A model generated the notes under the pieces. It was not told the origin of the DNA, did no database searches, and saw nothing but the letters and a program-made list of their open reading frames with translations. Positions 8,256-20,107 of a stretch of DNA of 23,026 bases are shown here, one piece after another; the first letter of the stretch is position 1; each line of letters opens with the position of its first letter. The DNA comes from Octopus sinensis (lineage: Eukaryota), in assembly GCF_006345805.1 (NCBI RefSeq), contig NW_021836713.1, positions 1 through 23,026 of the forward strand, in the 5' to 3' direction. The position numbers were made by a program, and so were the translations under genes.

Positions 8256-9525
8256 CGAGGGACGTTCAATAAGTAATGCCCCTGACCCACTTCCAATAGC
8301 AGTAGAGCAACGACACTTGGCACAGTTATTAGTCTTTTCCTACATAGGAACTACCCAGAGTTATGCATTTCTCCCATCGTTTGATACAGCTCTGGAGACC
8401 GTTTTTGTAGAAAACCCCAACTTGGTCCTCCAACCACGACGTGACTTCAGAAATCAAGGCTGCATCATCTGGGAAACGCTTTCCTTTCAAAATCAACTTC
8501 ATGGCTGGGAAGTGGTGAAAATCAGAGGGTGCAAGGGGAGGAGTTCATAGCTGCACGCCTGTGCTTCTGATCTGGCGACACGCGAGTTGTGAACCGGAGC
8601 GTTGTCCTGCAGGAGGAGGATGCCTTTGCTGATCTTGCCCCGCCTCTTGATTTTGATAGCTTCTCTTAATTTCCTCAAAAGTGAAGCATAATAGGCTCCT
8701 GTAATTGTGGGACCCTTTGCCAGGAAATCTGTTATCACTACTCCGTCCTGGTCCCAGAAGACTGTGAGCATAACCTTGTCAGCGGAGGGCTGCACTCTTG
8801 CCTTTTTTGGAGGAGGTGAGTCACGGTGCTTTCACTGCATTGACTGGGCTTTGGTCTATGGATCATAGTGATGGACCCAGGTTTTATCCTGTGTGATCAG
8901 TCTTTTGAAAAATTTTGACTCATCTTCTTGGCACATCTCAAAATTCATCCTCGAGCACTCAACGTGTTCTTGCTTCTGGAAAGGTGTGAGCAACCTGGAA
9001 ATCCATCTGGCAGACACCTTTTGCAAATGCAAATGGTCATGAATGATAGTTTCCACAGACCCGGTACTAATCGTGACCTTATGGGCTATTTGGCGAATAG
9101 TTATGCGTTGACCTTCCAAAATGGCAGCCTCAACTTGACGGACAGACGTCTTATCAACGACAGAAGGGGGCGACCAGATCTGGGAGCTGTTTCCACAGAG
9201 TTCCGACTATGTTTGAATTCACAATGCCAGCGTTTTACAAGGTCATATGATGGGGCATCATCACCATAAGTTACTTTCATTTCATCAAAAGTCTTTCGTG
9301 GTGTGCGTCCTTTCAAATACAAAAATCGGATCACTGCTCGACACTCAACAGGCTCCATTTCACACTTGACTCAGTTCAAACACCTGTAAATCAGAAACCA
9401 CAATGAGTTCAGAGCTGTAATTCGTCACTTAATCTATAGATGTATAAATAAGTGCACATGCAAACTTTCAGCTAGATCAAACAACTGCAAGTGGGTCAGG
9501 GGCATTACTTATTGAACGCCCCTCG
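8256..9525 (-). mobile_element. Full-length mariner (DD34D family) element, 1270 bp, with inactivated transposase
   Basis: 37-bp TIRs cgaggg(a/g)cgttcaataagtaatgcccctgacccactt with one mismatch, and a TA target duplication at 8254-8255 and 9526-9527. The TACGAGGG terminus resembles irritans-type (Bytmar1-like) mariners. Confidence 0.95.
8329..9358 (-). pseudogene. Mariner transposase pseudogene
   Basis: MEPVECRAVIRFLYLKG..RSGRP / ..WISRLLT..LITQDKTWVHHYDP*TKAQSMQ*KH..KVMLTVFWDQDG..LLQDNAPVH..ELLP/LAPSDFHHFPAMK..RWEKC..YVGKD*. It has a frameshift after RSGRP, two nonsense codons and a deletion removing HPPYSPD. Confidence 0.93.
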
Positions 9526-9596
9526 TATGTATATAGGAACATATTAATATATATAGGAACATATTAATATATATATATTATATATATATATTATAT

Positions 9597-9708
<112 letters not shown>

Positions 9709-10126
9709 ATAATATATGTATATATTTGTGTGTCTGTGCTTGTTCACCCAAGCCAATAAAAGAAATAAATAAAAGAATATCAGATTGACTCAAAAGCTCC
9801 TTTTCTTTTCTCAGATTTTCGATGACAATTATACCTCTAGGTTATCTCATTAATTCCATACAACCGTCTCCAATCCTTGCTGAATCTTTTATTACTTATT
9901 CTCATAAACGACACATGAACATTAAATCTTTATTCTTTCTTTTACAGTTTTGATAAATGAGTGATGAAAAAATCGCAATTAGAGACATTTTATTTCAAAT
10001 CCTCATTTGGACCTATTTTAAAATACGTACATCCGATGCAGATACTACACTCCACCGACAATCTGAGCTTATCAAAACCTTAGCATCTTGGTCCAAAGCA
10101 AATCTTTATCTTTCGTGTGTAACGTA

Positions 10127-10250
10127 TTTCAGTCATTGGACTGTGGCCATGCTGGGGCGTCGCCTTGTAGGGTTTAGTCCAACAGATAGATTCTTTGTAC
10201 TTATTCTTATTGGTTCTCTATTGCAGATCCGCTGTGGTGGACGGGATATT
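10127..10250 (-). mobile_element. 3' fragment of a family S SINE
   Basis: tttcagtcattggactgtggccatgctggggcgtcgcc is the reverse of ggcggtgctccagcatggccgcagtcaaatgactgaaa. Confidence 0.7.
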
Positions 10251-10300
10251 GTTCTCTTTATGCAATGTGTCAGATTTAAACCGAACACCCTGTCTGCCTG

Positions 10301-10376
<76 letters not shown>

Positions 10377-10378
10377 CC

Positions 10379-10411
<33 letters not shown>

Positions 10412-10470
10412 TTCTTTCTCTCTCTCTCTCTATCTCTCTCTATCTATCTATCTATCTATCTATCTAGCTA

Positions 10471-10545
<75 letters not shown>

Positions 10546-10546
<1 letters not shown>

Positions 10547-10862
10547 GAGGAACAGGGCCTAGTGATCAGAGCACCGGACTTGCGGTCGACGTATCGCGGG
10601 TTCGAATCTCAGATCGAGCGACATGTGTATCTATAAGTGAAACACCTAAGCTCCACGCGGCTTTCGTAGAAGGTAATGGCGAACTTCTGCTAACTCTTTC
10701 GCCACAACTTTCTCTCACTCTCTCCTCCTGCATCTTGCAGCTGACCTGCGACGGACCTGCGTTCCATCCAGCTGGGGAACCAATACGTCAAGGAAACCGG
10801 GAAACCGGCCCTAATGAGCCAGGCGTGGCTTGAGAAGGAACAAACAACAACAACAACAACAA
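10546..10862 (+). mobile_element. tRNA-headed SINE (head H2 + tail T2) ending in (CAA)n
   Basis: B box ggttcgaatct. The head shares aaacacctaagctccacg and actctttcgccacaactttctctcactct with 22121-22501. The cctgcgacggacctgcgttccatccag block resembles the V-SINE-type central box. Confidence 0.82.
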
Positions 10863-10879
10863 TATATCGAGAAAAGTCC

Positions 10880-12144
10880 TCTTTGGGACAAGCGCGTTGT
10901 AGTTCAGGCTTCAGCCCCTAGCAACTACTTGATGCGACACTCAGGCATCAGCCTGCCGGCTGGGGTCATCGTATGGAGTCGTACTATCACGTGGTGCATC
11001 TTTGTTTCGCAGTGCTTCTCTTTTTGTCAAATTTTTGCAATGGCTGAGACGAAGAAACAGTGTGCTTCCGTGAAATTCTGTTTTCTGCGGGGGGAAACGG
11101 CGTCCAAAACAGTTGCCATGTTTCAGACAGCTTTCAAGGACGCTATCATAAGCAAAACACATGTTTACGAGTATTTTGCTCTTCACGGTTTAGGAATGGT
11201 CAGTTGCCGCTTGAAGAGCAATCTCGTTCAGGACGACCGTCGACCTCCCGAACGAATAAAAGCATCACGAAAATGCATGAACCGTCGCAGAAAAATTGAT
11301 GAACTTGTTGATATGACTGGTATGTTCTGGAGCACCTACCAACGAATTCTGAGCGAGGAATTGCGAATGAAAAGAGATGCAGCAACATTTGTGCGTCGCT
11401 TGCTCCTGGAAAATCAAAATCAGTCACGACTGAATGCGTGTCGTGAACTGAAAGAACAGAAGTTGATCCGGACCCTTATTCAAAGGTCAACACTGGTGAC
11501 GAAGGGTGATGTTACGGCTACGACCTAGAAACGAAGCAGTAATCAAGTCAATGGAAGCATTCAATGTCTCCACGTCCCAAACAGCGCGTCAAGTGAAGTC
11601 CAATGCCAAGACGATGTTGATTTGTTTCATCGATGCGAAAGGAATTTTCCAGACAGATTTATTTTGTTCCTGGTCAAGCTTTTAACCAGACATTTTACTT
11701 GACAGCTTTAAAACGAGAAACGCTGAGACGAAACCGCCCACACCAATGGCAAAGTGGTAAGTGGTGGTTTCATCACGACAATCTGCCAGCGCACACCACC
11801 TTGTATGTGAGACAGTTTTTTTACTGAGAATGACATGACCCGATTTACCCACCTCCCCTATTCATCCGATCTTGCTCCCTGCGACATTTTTGGTCCCCCG
11901 AATGAAAAAAAATCCTTAAAGAGAAACGTTTTGTAGATGTCGAAGAGGTGAAGAAAAAACGACGGAAGCGTTAAAAGGCATCACTTGGCAAGAGTTCCAG
12001 CGCTGCTTCGAACAGTGGAAAAAAACGCGTCTGGACCGATGCATTGCTTCAAATGGAGAATACTTTGAAGGCGATAAAAGACTAAACATATAAAACTAAA
12101 TAAACAAAATAATATTGCAAAATTCCGGTTTCTTTTGAGCATCG

Positions 12145-12146
<2 letters not shown>
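10880..12146 (+). mobile_element. Mariner DD34D element, decayed; 3' end present, 5' TIR not found
   Basis: The transposase remnant is followed by aattccggtttcttttgagcatcgcc then TA (12147-12148). I found no matching left TIR; the SINE tail lies at the left edge. Confidence 0.88.
11040..12093 (+). pseudogene. Mariner transposase pseudogene (second lineage)
   Basis: MAETKKQCASVKFCF..RFRNG..RSGRPSTSRT..TGDEG..YGYDLETKQ*SSQW..KTMLICF..WWFHHDNLPAHT..HLPYSSDLAPCD..EQWKK..DRCIASNGEYFEGD. There are 34 residues between the second and third Asp, and many frameshifts. Confidence 0.92.
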
Positions 12147-12189
<43 letters not shown>

Positions 12190-12842
12190 ATATATGGAGA
12201 CAGACTGTGTGTGTGTGAGAGAGAGAGAGATGCACAGGTAAATAGACAGACAGACAGGCAGGCAGAGATAGACATTCATAGCTTCGTTTTATTCTTTCAT
12301 CTGTGGTGGTAAATGACTTCTTTTCACTTGTATATGATGACGTTTAACAACTCATCAATCACTGGCAATCTTTAATTAACCACGGCATCAACACAATCAT
12401 TATAGCCAGTCTTTAATTAGAAACATGAGCACAGGTTTCTATGGTAGGCATAGACAACGATGGCTATTAGATGCTTCAGATACTATAAAATGTAGGTCTC
12501 GGGTTTCTGACAGCCTTTTGAGGAACCACTGCTAGAATTGAACCCAATACCGCTGGCTAGAACCTCATGTGTTATTTACACTTTGACTAGTTTGAAATAT
12601 TTTCAAGAGTAAGTTTACGATTCTGGTTGTGGATAAAGAAGACTGTGGGAACAAATTTGGCAATTTTTGGCAAAATCTGTACCCTTTTACCAAGTTATAA
12701 CAAAAAGTTAGTGAAATATTTAAGATGTTTACAGTTTGATAGATAGACAAATATAACAAAATAATTTGATAAAAAATGTGAATTTTTAATTATTTTCTGA
12801 GATTTTACAAAAGCCAACAAAAATATTTTAAAGTGGTCTAAA

Positions 12843-13048
12843 GGCGGTGAACTGGCAGAATCGTTAGCACACCGGGCAAAATGCGCAGTGGCACTTCATC
12901 AGACTTTTACGTTCTGAGTTCAAATTCCGCCGAGGTCGACGTTGCCTGTCATGCTCACAGGGTCGATAAATGAAATGCCAGTGAAACACTTGGTCGATGT
13001 AATCCCCTAAAATTTCAGGCATTGTGCCTTTAGTAGAGAGGATTATTA
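12843..13048 (+). mobile_element. SINE-like family G copy (ggcggtgaactggcagaatcgttagc head, agaggattatt tail)
   Basis: Collinear with 20264-20475 (+) and with 17165-17403, 18165-18345 and 18361-19107 (-). Confidence 0.85.
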
Positions 13049-13113
13049 AAAGTGGTCTGTTTTAGTTTTAGTTACGAAGCGGAGTATCTTTTCATACTTT
13101 CAGTTGAATATAT

Positions 13114-13434
13114 ATGGAATGACCATGGGATTGCACCTAGAGAGTTACCCCCCGAGGCACAAGTCCGGGCAAGGTTGTTTATGGAAGACCAGCAGTCACC
13201 CATGCATACCAGCATCCCTTTCCACGCTACCGATGTTATCCAAGGGAAAAGCAAAGGCCGATACAGCTTGGCATCAGTGACGTCGCAACTCTTTGCTACA
13301 GCTGAGTGGACTGGAGCAACGTGCAATAAAGTGTCTTGCTCAAGAACACAACACGCAGCCCGGTCTGGGATTCGAATTCACAACCTCACGTTCGTAAGTT
13401 CGACGCTCTAACCACTGAGCCATGCGCCTTCAAA
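13114..13434 (-). mobile_element. tRNA-headed SINE (head H1 + tail T3) with a 12-bp target-site duplication
   Basis: Minus head gaaggcgcatggctcagtggttagagcg..ttcgaatccc..gttcttgagcaagacacttt. TSD agttgaatatat at 13102-13113 and 13435-13446. Confidence 0.88.
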
Positions 13435-13482
13435 AGTTGAATATATGTGGCCTGTAAAAGGTGGTTGTTTTTTACATTTTCT

Positions 13483-13728
13483 GTCAGTCATTTAATTGCG
13501 GCCATAGTGGAGCACAGCCTCGAAGGGTTTTAGCTGAACAAGTCAACACTGGTACTCTTTATATTTTTGAATTTAAAAAAAAATGTTTACTTAGGTACTT
13601 AGTCCATCGATCTATTTCGCAGAACTACTAAATTACTAGGATGTAAACAAAATATTACCAGTTGTCAGGCGGTGGAAGGAGAAATAAATATAGATACAAA
13701 TTCTCTCTCTCTCTCTTTCTCTCTCTTG

Positions 13729-13772
<44 letters not shown>

Positions 13773-13935
13773 TATATATATATACAACTGGCTTCCATAC
13801 AATCTCCGTCTCCCAAATTCATTCACAAAGCACTGGACGGCCGGGGTCTATAGTAGAGAACTTGAGGTGTCTTGCTGTGGGACTGAACCCAAACCATGCT
13901 AGCTGCAAACACGTTTCTTAACCACACAGCAATGT
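13483..13935 (-). mobile_element. Old family S SINE with an expanded internal (CT)n/(CA)n microsatellite
   Basis: Reversed tail gtcagtcatttaattgcggccatagtggagcac (~13483) and reversed head gggactgaacccaaaccatg..cttaaccacacagc (~13880-13930). Confidence 0.7.
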
Positions 13936-14939
13936 CTGTTTTATCCATGACTAATGTATAGTAACCACGATTATAGAGAAACATTCAAAGCCTCTGCTGA
14001 TTGTCCTCCTTCACCATATAATCTCGGTAATCTGTACTTCTCGCATCTGACTAACGAACTGTAATGTTTGATCAAACAAAAACATACATACTTGCAATAA
14101 ATGTTCAATAATTTTCTTGACAAGCTCAGCGATTTTCTTGCTGTTTTATTAATATTTTTTGTGTGTTTGTTTTCGGTTTTTGTGGTTGTTTTGCTTTCTC
14201 AGCGTTCAAGTTTTCAATATGGGAGAATAATATTTACTCTAAATGATTTTGGCAAAGAAACCGACATTTTTAAAATCGTTAGATGGCTGGCTGTTCAAAT
14301 ATTTATTGCTTTATATTTTAGTGTGTAGGTGTACAGCAAGTGGTGGACAGAAGAGGGGGAAGAAGAAGAAGAAGAAAAGAAGAAGATATAATGAGGGAAT
14401 ATAATAGAGATAATTCCATTCTTAATGTAGAAACAGGACTGAGATTTCGGCTATGTATCATCTGCACTATTATAGATTATTGTTAGCGATCACAGCTGGA
14501 GAAGAAAATATTGCCTTCGTCAGAAGATTATGTCGGCCGTAGACAAATACATTTGTGTTGACTATACGAGGCAAACACAGGGTGTTGACCATAGGAGGCA
14601 AACACTCGTAATTCGGGGATGTTTTCTGTAACGATCAGCAAACACATGTAAACAAGTATGAAACGCGAAAGGATGAAAGACGAAGCAGACGTTATGGGGG
14701 GGGGGGTCTGAAGTAAGCGTGTAAAAGGCTGCAACTAAATACTTCAAGGCATCTTGCCAGCTGTTCTAACAGGTTCGTCTTCTTGGCCGCCTCTCTTCGA
14801 TTATGACTAACAATAGGCGAAATCATCCTTGGTGTAAGCGCTGAACAATTAGAGACAACCTGGTTTTCCAACTCATAAGATCAATCAATGCCTGTGACCG
14901 TGTTAAGGCAAAGACAGTTTAGCCTTTCACAACAACAAT

Positions 14940-14967
14940 ACAGTTACTGTTGCTGCTGCTGCTGCTG

Positions 14968-15052
<85 letters not shown>

Positions 15053-15162
15053 GTTGCTGCTGCTGCTGCTGCTACTACCATCACCACCACTATTATTGCG
15101 GCTGCTGCCATTAATACTATTACTACTCTACTAATACTACCACTACTATACTACTACTACTC

Positions 15163-15193
<31 letters not shown>

Positions 15194-15225
15194 TAATAAT
15201 AATAATGATGATGATGATGATGATG

Positions 15226-15270
<45 letters not shown>
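14940..15270. repeat. Compound trinucleotide array (CTG)n-(CTA)n-(CTG)n-mixed-(TAA)n-(TGA)n-(TAA)n
   Basis: Read directly from the sequence. Confidence 0.95.
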
Positions 15271-15275
<5 letters not shown>

Positions 15276-15396
15276 TGAACGAACTACTGAGTTTGGTTTA
15301 ATGGCCTACCAATGTATACTATGAGTTTCTTTGCCCTAGGAGTCGGGAAGACACTCGGCAAGAAATGGAAGCAAATTTGAAAGAAGAAAAAAAGAG
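15271..15396 (+). mobile_element. 3'-UTR-only copy of the RLE LINE at 20548-21091
   Basis: Near-identical inverted match to ~20548-20675, flanked on both sides by (TAA)n. Confidence 0.85.
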
Positions 15397-15414
15397 TAAT
15401 AATAATAATAACAA

Positions 15415-15998
15415 AGTGATTTAAAACCAGAAACGGAGGCACTAATCTGTGCTGCCCAAGAGCAAGTTCTAAGAACAAGTTACATAAATACAAAATAGAC
15501 AACACAGCAGAAAGTGATAAATGCAGAATCTGAGGACAAAACGGTGAAACTGTATGGCATATTACCAGCCAATGTATGCAATTGGCCCAGAAGGAATATA
15601 AGAGACGCCACGACAATATAGCCGGGCTTGTCCATTGGGCACTTTGCAACAATTATGGACTTGACAGAGGATAAAGTTGGTACGACCACAAAATCGAAGG
15701 CATCGTCGAAAATAAAAATGTAATGATCCTATGGGATTTTATGATTCAGTGCGACCATGAGATAAAGAATAGTAAGCCAGACATAGTCTTAATTGAGAAA
15801 GAAAACAAACTATGATGGATCATAGACATAGCATGCCTAGCGGACAACAAGGTATGCGATAATGAAGAAAGAAAAGTCGAGAGATGTGACAGGTTAGCTT
15901 GGGAGGTAAAGCAGTTGTGGTCGATGAAGAAGGTAGCAGAAGTACCAATAATTGTCGAAGCCCTGGGAACAGTGAGCAAAAATCTCGAGAAGTACATA
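15415..15998 (+). mobile_element. RLE-type non-LTR retrotransposon fragment (R4/Dong-like): CCHC zinc knuckle plus restriction-like endonuclease
   Basis: SDLKPETEALICAAQEQ..DKCRI*GQNGETVWHITSQCMQLAQKEYKRRHDNIAGLVHWALC..ILWDFMIQCDHEIKNSKPDIVLIEKENK..IIDIAC..VPIIVEALGTV, with stops and frameshifts. Confidence 0.9.
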
Positions 15999-16054
15999 TA
16001 TATGTATGTGCGTGTATATATATATAAACACATACACGTATATATTCATGTGCG

Positions 16055-16099
<45 letters not shown>

Positions 16100-16250
16100 G
16101 AGAGGGAGGGAGGGGAGGGGTAGAGAGAAACAAACAGATTCCGCAACTAATGCAAAACATATGCCATGGAATGTTATATCTATATTTCCTTTTATTTCTA
16201 TCTATCTATTTTTCTTTCTATATGTACATATATGTGTGTGTGTATGTATG

Positions 16251-16310
<60 letters not shown>

Positions 16311-16754
16311 TACACATACATATACATACATACATATATAAGTCTACACGCATATATATATATATGTGTGTGTGTGTCTATATGTATACATACATCCATA
16401 CAGACACACATTCATATACACATACGTAGAGAGAGAGGCCGTTATCTGGTACGGTGAAAACAGCCAAAGCCTACCATCATATTCCACATAACGAATATGA
16501 CAATGATGTGTTAATAATTGATATTGTAATAAAGAATGACTAAAATGTTGTAGAGGAACGAGCAGAATGACTTAGGAATTACAAAGCCTGTATTATTTAA
16601 TTAAAAGACAATGCGGTATGTGAGAAAAGTAGCTGTCACTCCGTGTATAAATTGGTAAAACTGGTATTGTTATATGCAATCCCTTGTGTGAAGAGACAGA
16701 CAGCTCAGGTTTGAGATGAGACGAAGGCTCCAGACAGTAGCAGTAATATAATCA

Positions 16755-16783
16755 GTGATGATGATGATGACGACGACGACGAG

Positions 16784-16815
<32 letters not shown>

Positions 16816-17053
16816 TGATGATGATGATGACAATGATGATGATGATGATGATGATGATGACGATGATGATGATGATGATGACGACGACGACGACGATGAT
16901 GATGACGATGATGATGATGACGATGATGACGATGATGATGATGATGATGATGATGATAACGTCGACGACGACGACGATGATGATGATCATGACGATGACG
17001 ATGAAGATGACGACGATGATGATGATGATGATGATGATGTCGATGACGATGAC

Positions 17054-17088
<35 letters not shown>

Positions 17089-17150
17089 CGACGATGATGA
17101 TGATGACGACGACGACGACGATGATGATGATGATGATGATGATGATATTA
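16755..17150. repeat. Long (GAT)n/(GAC)n compound microsatellite (source of the poly-Met/Thr and poly-Ile/Val ORFs)
   Basis: Read directly from the sequence. Confidence 0.95.
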
Positions 17151-17164
17151 TTGATAATAGTCGT

Positions 17165-17403
17165 TTCTACAATATACACAAGGCTTGAAATATTGGTGCG
17201 TGGTGGGTGGGTGGGTGGCAAGTCGTTTACATGGACGCGACCGCTTGAATTGTAGTTATTTCATTACCCCCCCCCCAAAGGTGAGAGAAGCGAAGTCGAA
17301 TTTTTTGAACTCGGCGAAATTTCAACTCAGAACGTAAAAAGAGACGAAATGCGGCTGAGCATTCCACTGGGCATGCTAACGATTCTGCCAGCTCACCGTC
17401 TTA
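17165..17403 (-). mobile_element. Degraded family G SINE-like copy
   Basis: gctaacgattctgccagctcaccgtc is the reversed head; caactcagaacgtaaaaagagacgaaat is also conserved. Confidence 0.8.
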
Positions 17404-17494
17404 ATAAAAGCGATGATGATGATAATAATGATAATATAATAATAATATAATAATAATAATAATAATAATATAATAATAATAATAATAATAATAA

Positions 17495-18046
17495 TAAATG
17501 CCCTGATGCAGTACCAGGCAGTGGCTCTCATGGCTTCTGATCTTAACTGATTGGAAGTGTTATCATGTACATTGTTTTGTCTTGATATAAAAGATGGGCT
17601 ACAGCAAATATTCTGCTCAATACCACAGATTTGCTTGTCAGTTGTTTGACCGTAACCAGTTGAGCAAGTCTCTGACGATATGTGCATCTCTGATCACGAG
17701 CAGAAGTAGTGGGGGAGCATCATACCCATGTGTTGAGAGGGATTCTTTGGGGTTTGAATAGTTCGCCTCTGGAAACATGGGTGGTTCTTTCAACATCCTT
17801 AAACAACCCTTATTCAGGGACCGTTTGAGCGGGATGGGCTACTCAACCTGAAGAAAATTCTAACAGGGCCCCACCTGCAAGGTCATGTGCTGTTTATCTT
17901 GATATGAGATCACCATGTCGCGCACATATTGTTGTGATGCATGTGCCTGGTGTACCCTTATCAGACGGGTAGTCATGATGGGTATATTGGGCTTCGTATA
18001 TTTTACCCCAGTGTCACTTTGATGGCATGAACTACTCTCTCACTCA
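17495..18046. mobile_element. ~550-bp non-coding interspersed element embedded in (TAA)n
   Basis: Flanked by long (TAA)n on both sides (~17420-17497 and ~18047-18162), with a partial inverted copy at 445-590. No protein homology recognised. Confidence 0.7.
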
Positions 18047-18113
18047 ATAATAATAATAATATGATAATAATAATAATAATAATATTAATAATAATAATAA
18101 TAATAATAATATA

Positions 18114-18145
<32 letters not shown>

Positions 18146-18164
18146 TAATAATAATAATAATACT

Positions 18165-18345
18165 TTCTAGTATAGGTACAAGGTCTGAAATTTTGGGGGG
18201 CGGCACCTGTCGATTGAATCGGCCCAGTGTTTCACTGGTACTTTATTTATTGACCTTGAAAGGATGAAAGGCAAAGTCGACTCCGGCGCAATTAAAACCC
18301 GATACATAAGAACGGACGAAATGTCGCTAAGCATTTCCGCCACCA
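18165..18345 (-). mobile_element. Degraded family G copy
   Basis: tttctagtataggtacaaggtctgaaatttt..gaaaggatgaaaggcaaagtcgac..gacgaaatgtcgctaagcatt. Confidence 0.8.
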
Positions 18346-18360
18346 TGATAATAATAATAA

Positions 18361-19107
18361 TTCTTTCGACTAAAGGCAGAAAACCTGAAATTTTTGTGGG
18401 ACGGAGGGTGGGGGGAACCAGTCGATTACATCGACCCCAGTGATTTACTGGTAGTTAATTTACAGACTCCGAAAGAATGAAAGGTAAAGTCAATCACGAC
18501 GGAATTTGAACTGAAAGCGTAAAGACGGACGAAATACCTATTTCTTTACTACCCACAAGGGGCTAAACACAGAGGGGACAAACAAGGACAGAAAACGGAT
18601 TAAGTCGACTATATTGACCCCAGTGCGTAACTGGTACTTAATTTATCGACCCCGAAAAGATGAAAGGCAAAGTCGACCACGGCGGAATTTGAGCTCAGAA
18701 CGTAGCGGCAGACGAAATACCTATTTCATTACTACCCACAAGGGGATAAACACAGAGAGGTATTACAAGGAGAGACAAACGGATTAAGTCGATTATATCG
18801 ACCTCAGTGCGTAGCTGGTACTTATTTAATCGACCCCAAAAGGATGAAAGGCAAAGTCGACCACGGCGGAATTTGAGCTCAGAACGTAGCGGCAGACGAA
18901 ATACCTATTTCTTTACTACCCACACAGAGAAGACAAACAAGGAAAGACAAACGGATTAAGTCGATTATATCGACCTCAGTGCGTAACTGATACTTATTTT
19001 GTCGACCCCGAAAGGATGAAAGGCAAAGACGAACTCAGAACGTAATGGCAGACGAAATACTGCTAAGCGTTTCGCCCGGCATGCCAACGTTTCTGCAGCT
19101 CGCTGTC
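18361..19107 (-). repeat. Family G concatemer: one head and four bodies in tandem (units of 183, 184 and 172 bp)
   Basis: Unit starts (gtcga) are at 18421, 18604, 18788 and 18960. The junction gacgaaatacctatttc is identical three times, and only the last unit continues into the head (gaaatactgctaagc..ctcgctgtc). Confidence 0.9.
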
Positions 19108-19161
19108 TTAATAACAACAACAACAACAATAATAATAATAATGATGATGAAAACAATAATG

Positions 19162-19204
<43 letters not shown>

Positions 19205-20107
19205 AAGGATGATGATCACGACGATGGAGTTTCTAAGAATCGTTAGAGGATAGGCGACAAATACGGTATAATTATGAACGTTACACCTCTCTGAGAATTC
19301 ACAACAGCTAAATATCTCATTATAATAATATAAATCTGTTTTAAATGCTGTTTGTCCGAGGACAAAAAAGAACGAAGATAGCTTTTATTTTTCATAAATA
19401 TCTTTTGTTATCATTTTATCCTTTTTTCATAATAACTATTATTAACACTAAAAAACTATCTTTAACTTTAGTAATTATACTGACTTCGTGTTTTATCTTT
19501 TATCGTCACAGTTATTTTTAAGTCATTTATCTTTTATGCTTCATAATGATTTTTGCATTATTTTCTTTTTTCTATTTTCTTTATCGTTCTAAATTTTCTT
19601 CCACACACAATAAAAAACTTTCTTATTATCCTTGATACGTCATATATGTGTGTGTATGTGTGTGTGTGTGTATATATATATATATGCATATACACACATA
19701 TATATATACATATACACACATATATATATATATATATATTATATATGCATATACATATTTTTTATTATTATTATTACATATATATATATACATATATATA
19801 CATATATACACATATATATATGTACATATACATAATACATATATATATACATATACATATATATATTTATACATACATATATATATGTATATATGTATAT
19901 GTATATATATATAATATGTATATATATGTAATATAATATATATATGTATAATATAATATGATATAATATAATATATATATATACTTGTTTGAGGATCAGA
20001 GTTAACGAGAAGTGAAGGTTTTACATCACTAAACAAGAAAAAAAAAGATATAAAACTCGTAAATGTCTGTTTTCTTATGATTTACTTCGAAGCTCAAAGT
20101 AGTGGGG

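Noticed and set aside
8251-9269. Plus-strand ORFs 8251-8550 and 8928-9269
   Set aside because: They are antisense shadows of the mariner transposase.
9957-10544. 195-aa ORF behind an acceptor-like ttctctttacag
   Set aside because: It reads through a reversed SINE tail and microsatellites, with no domain similarity.
14101-14328. Hydrophobic 75-aa ORF resembling a membrane peptide
   Set aside because: The hydrophobicity comes from T/G-rich low-complexity DNA. There is no homology or splice support.
14437-14523. Minus-strand CUGACGA-AGGC ... GCC-GAAA..GUC hammerhead-like pieces
   Set aside because: Stem I and helix III do not pair convincingly, and about 60 nt of unstructured sequence separates the halves.
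14555-14608. 27-bp tandem duplication (tgttgac..gaggcaaacac x2); also a ~22-bp duplication at 9531-9575
   Set aside because: These are ordinary slippage duplications with no further structure.
18421-19107. Regular ~183-bp repeats as a CRISPR array or retrozyme
   Set aside because: There are no unique spacers, the context is eukaryotic, the units are SINE bodies, and no hammerhead core was found.
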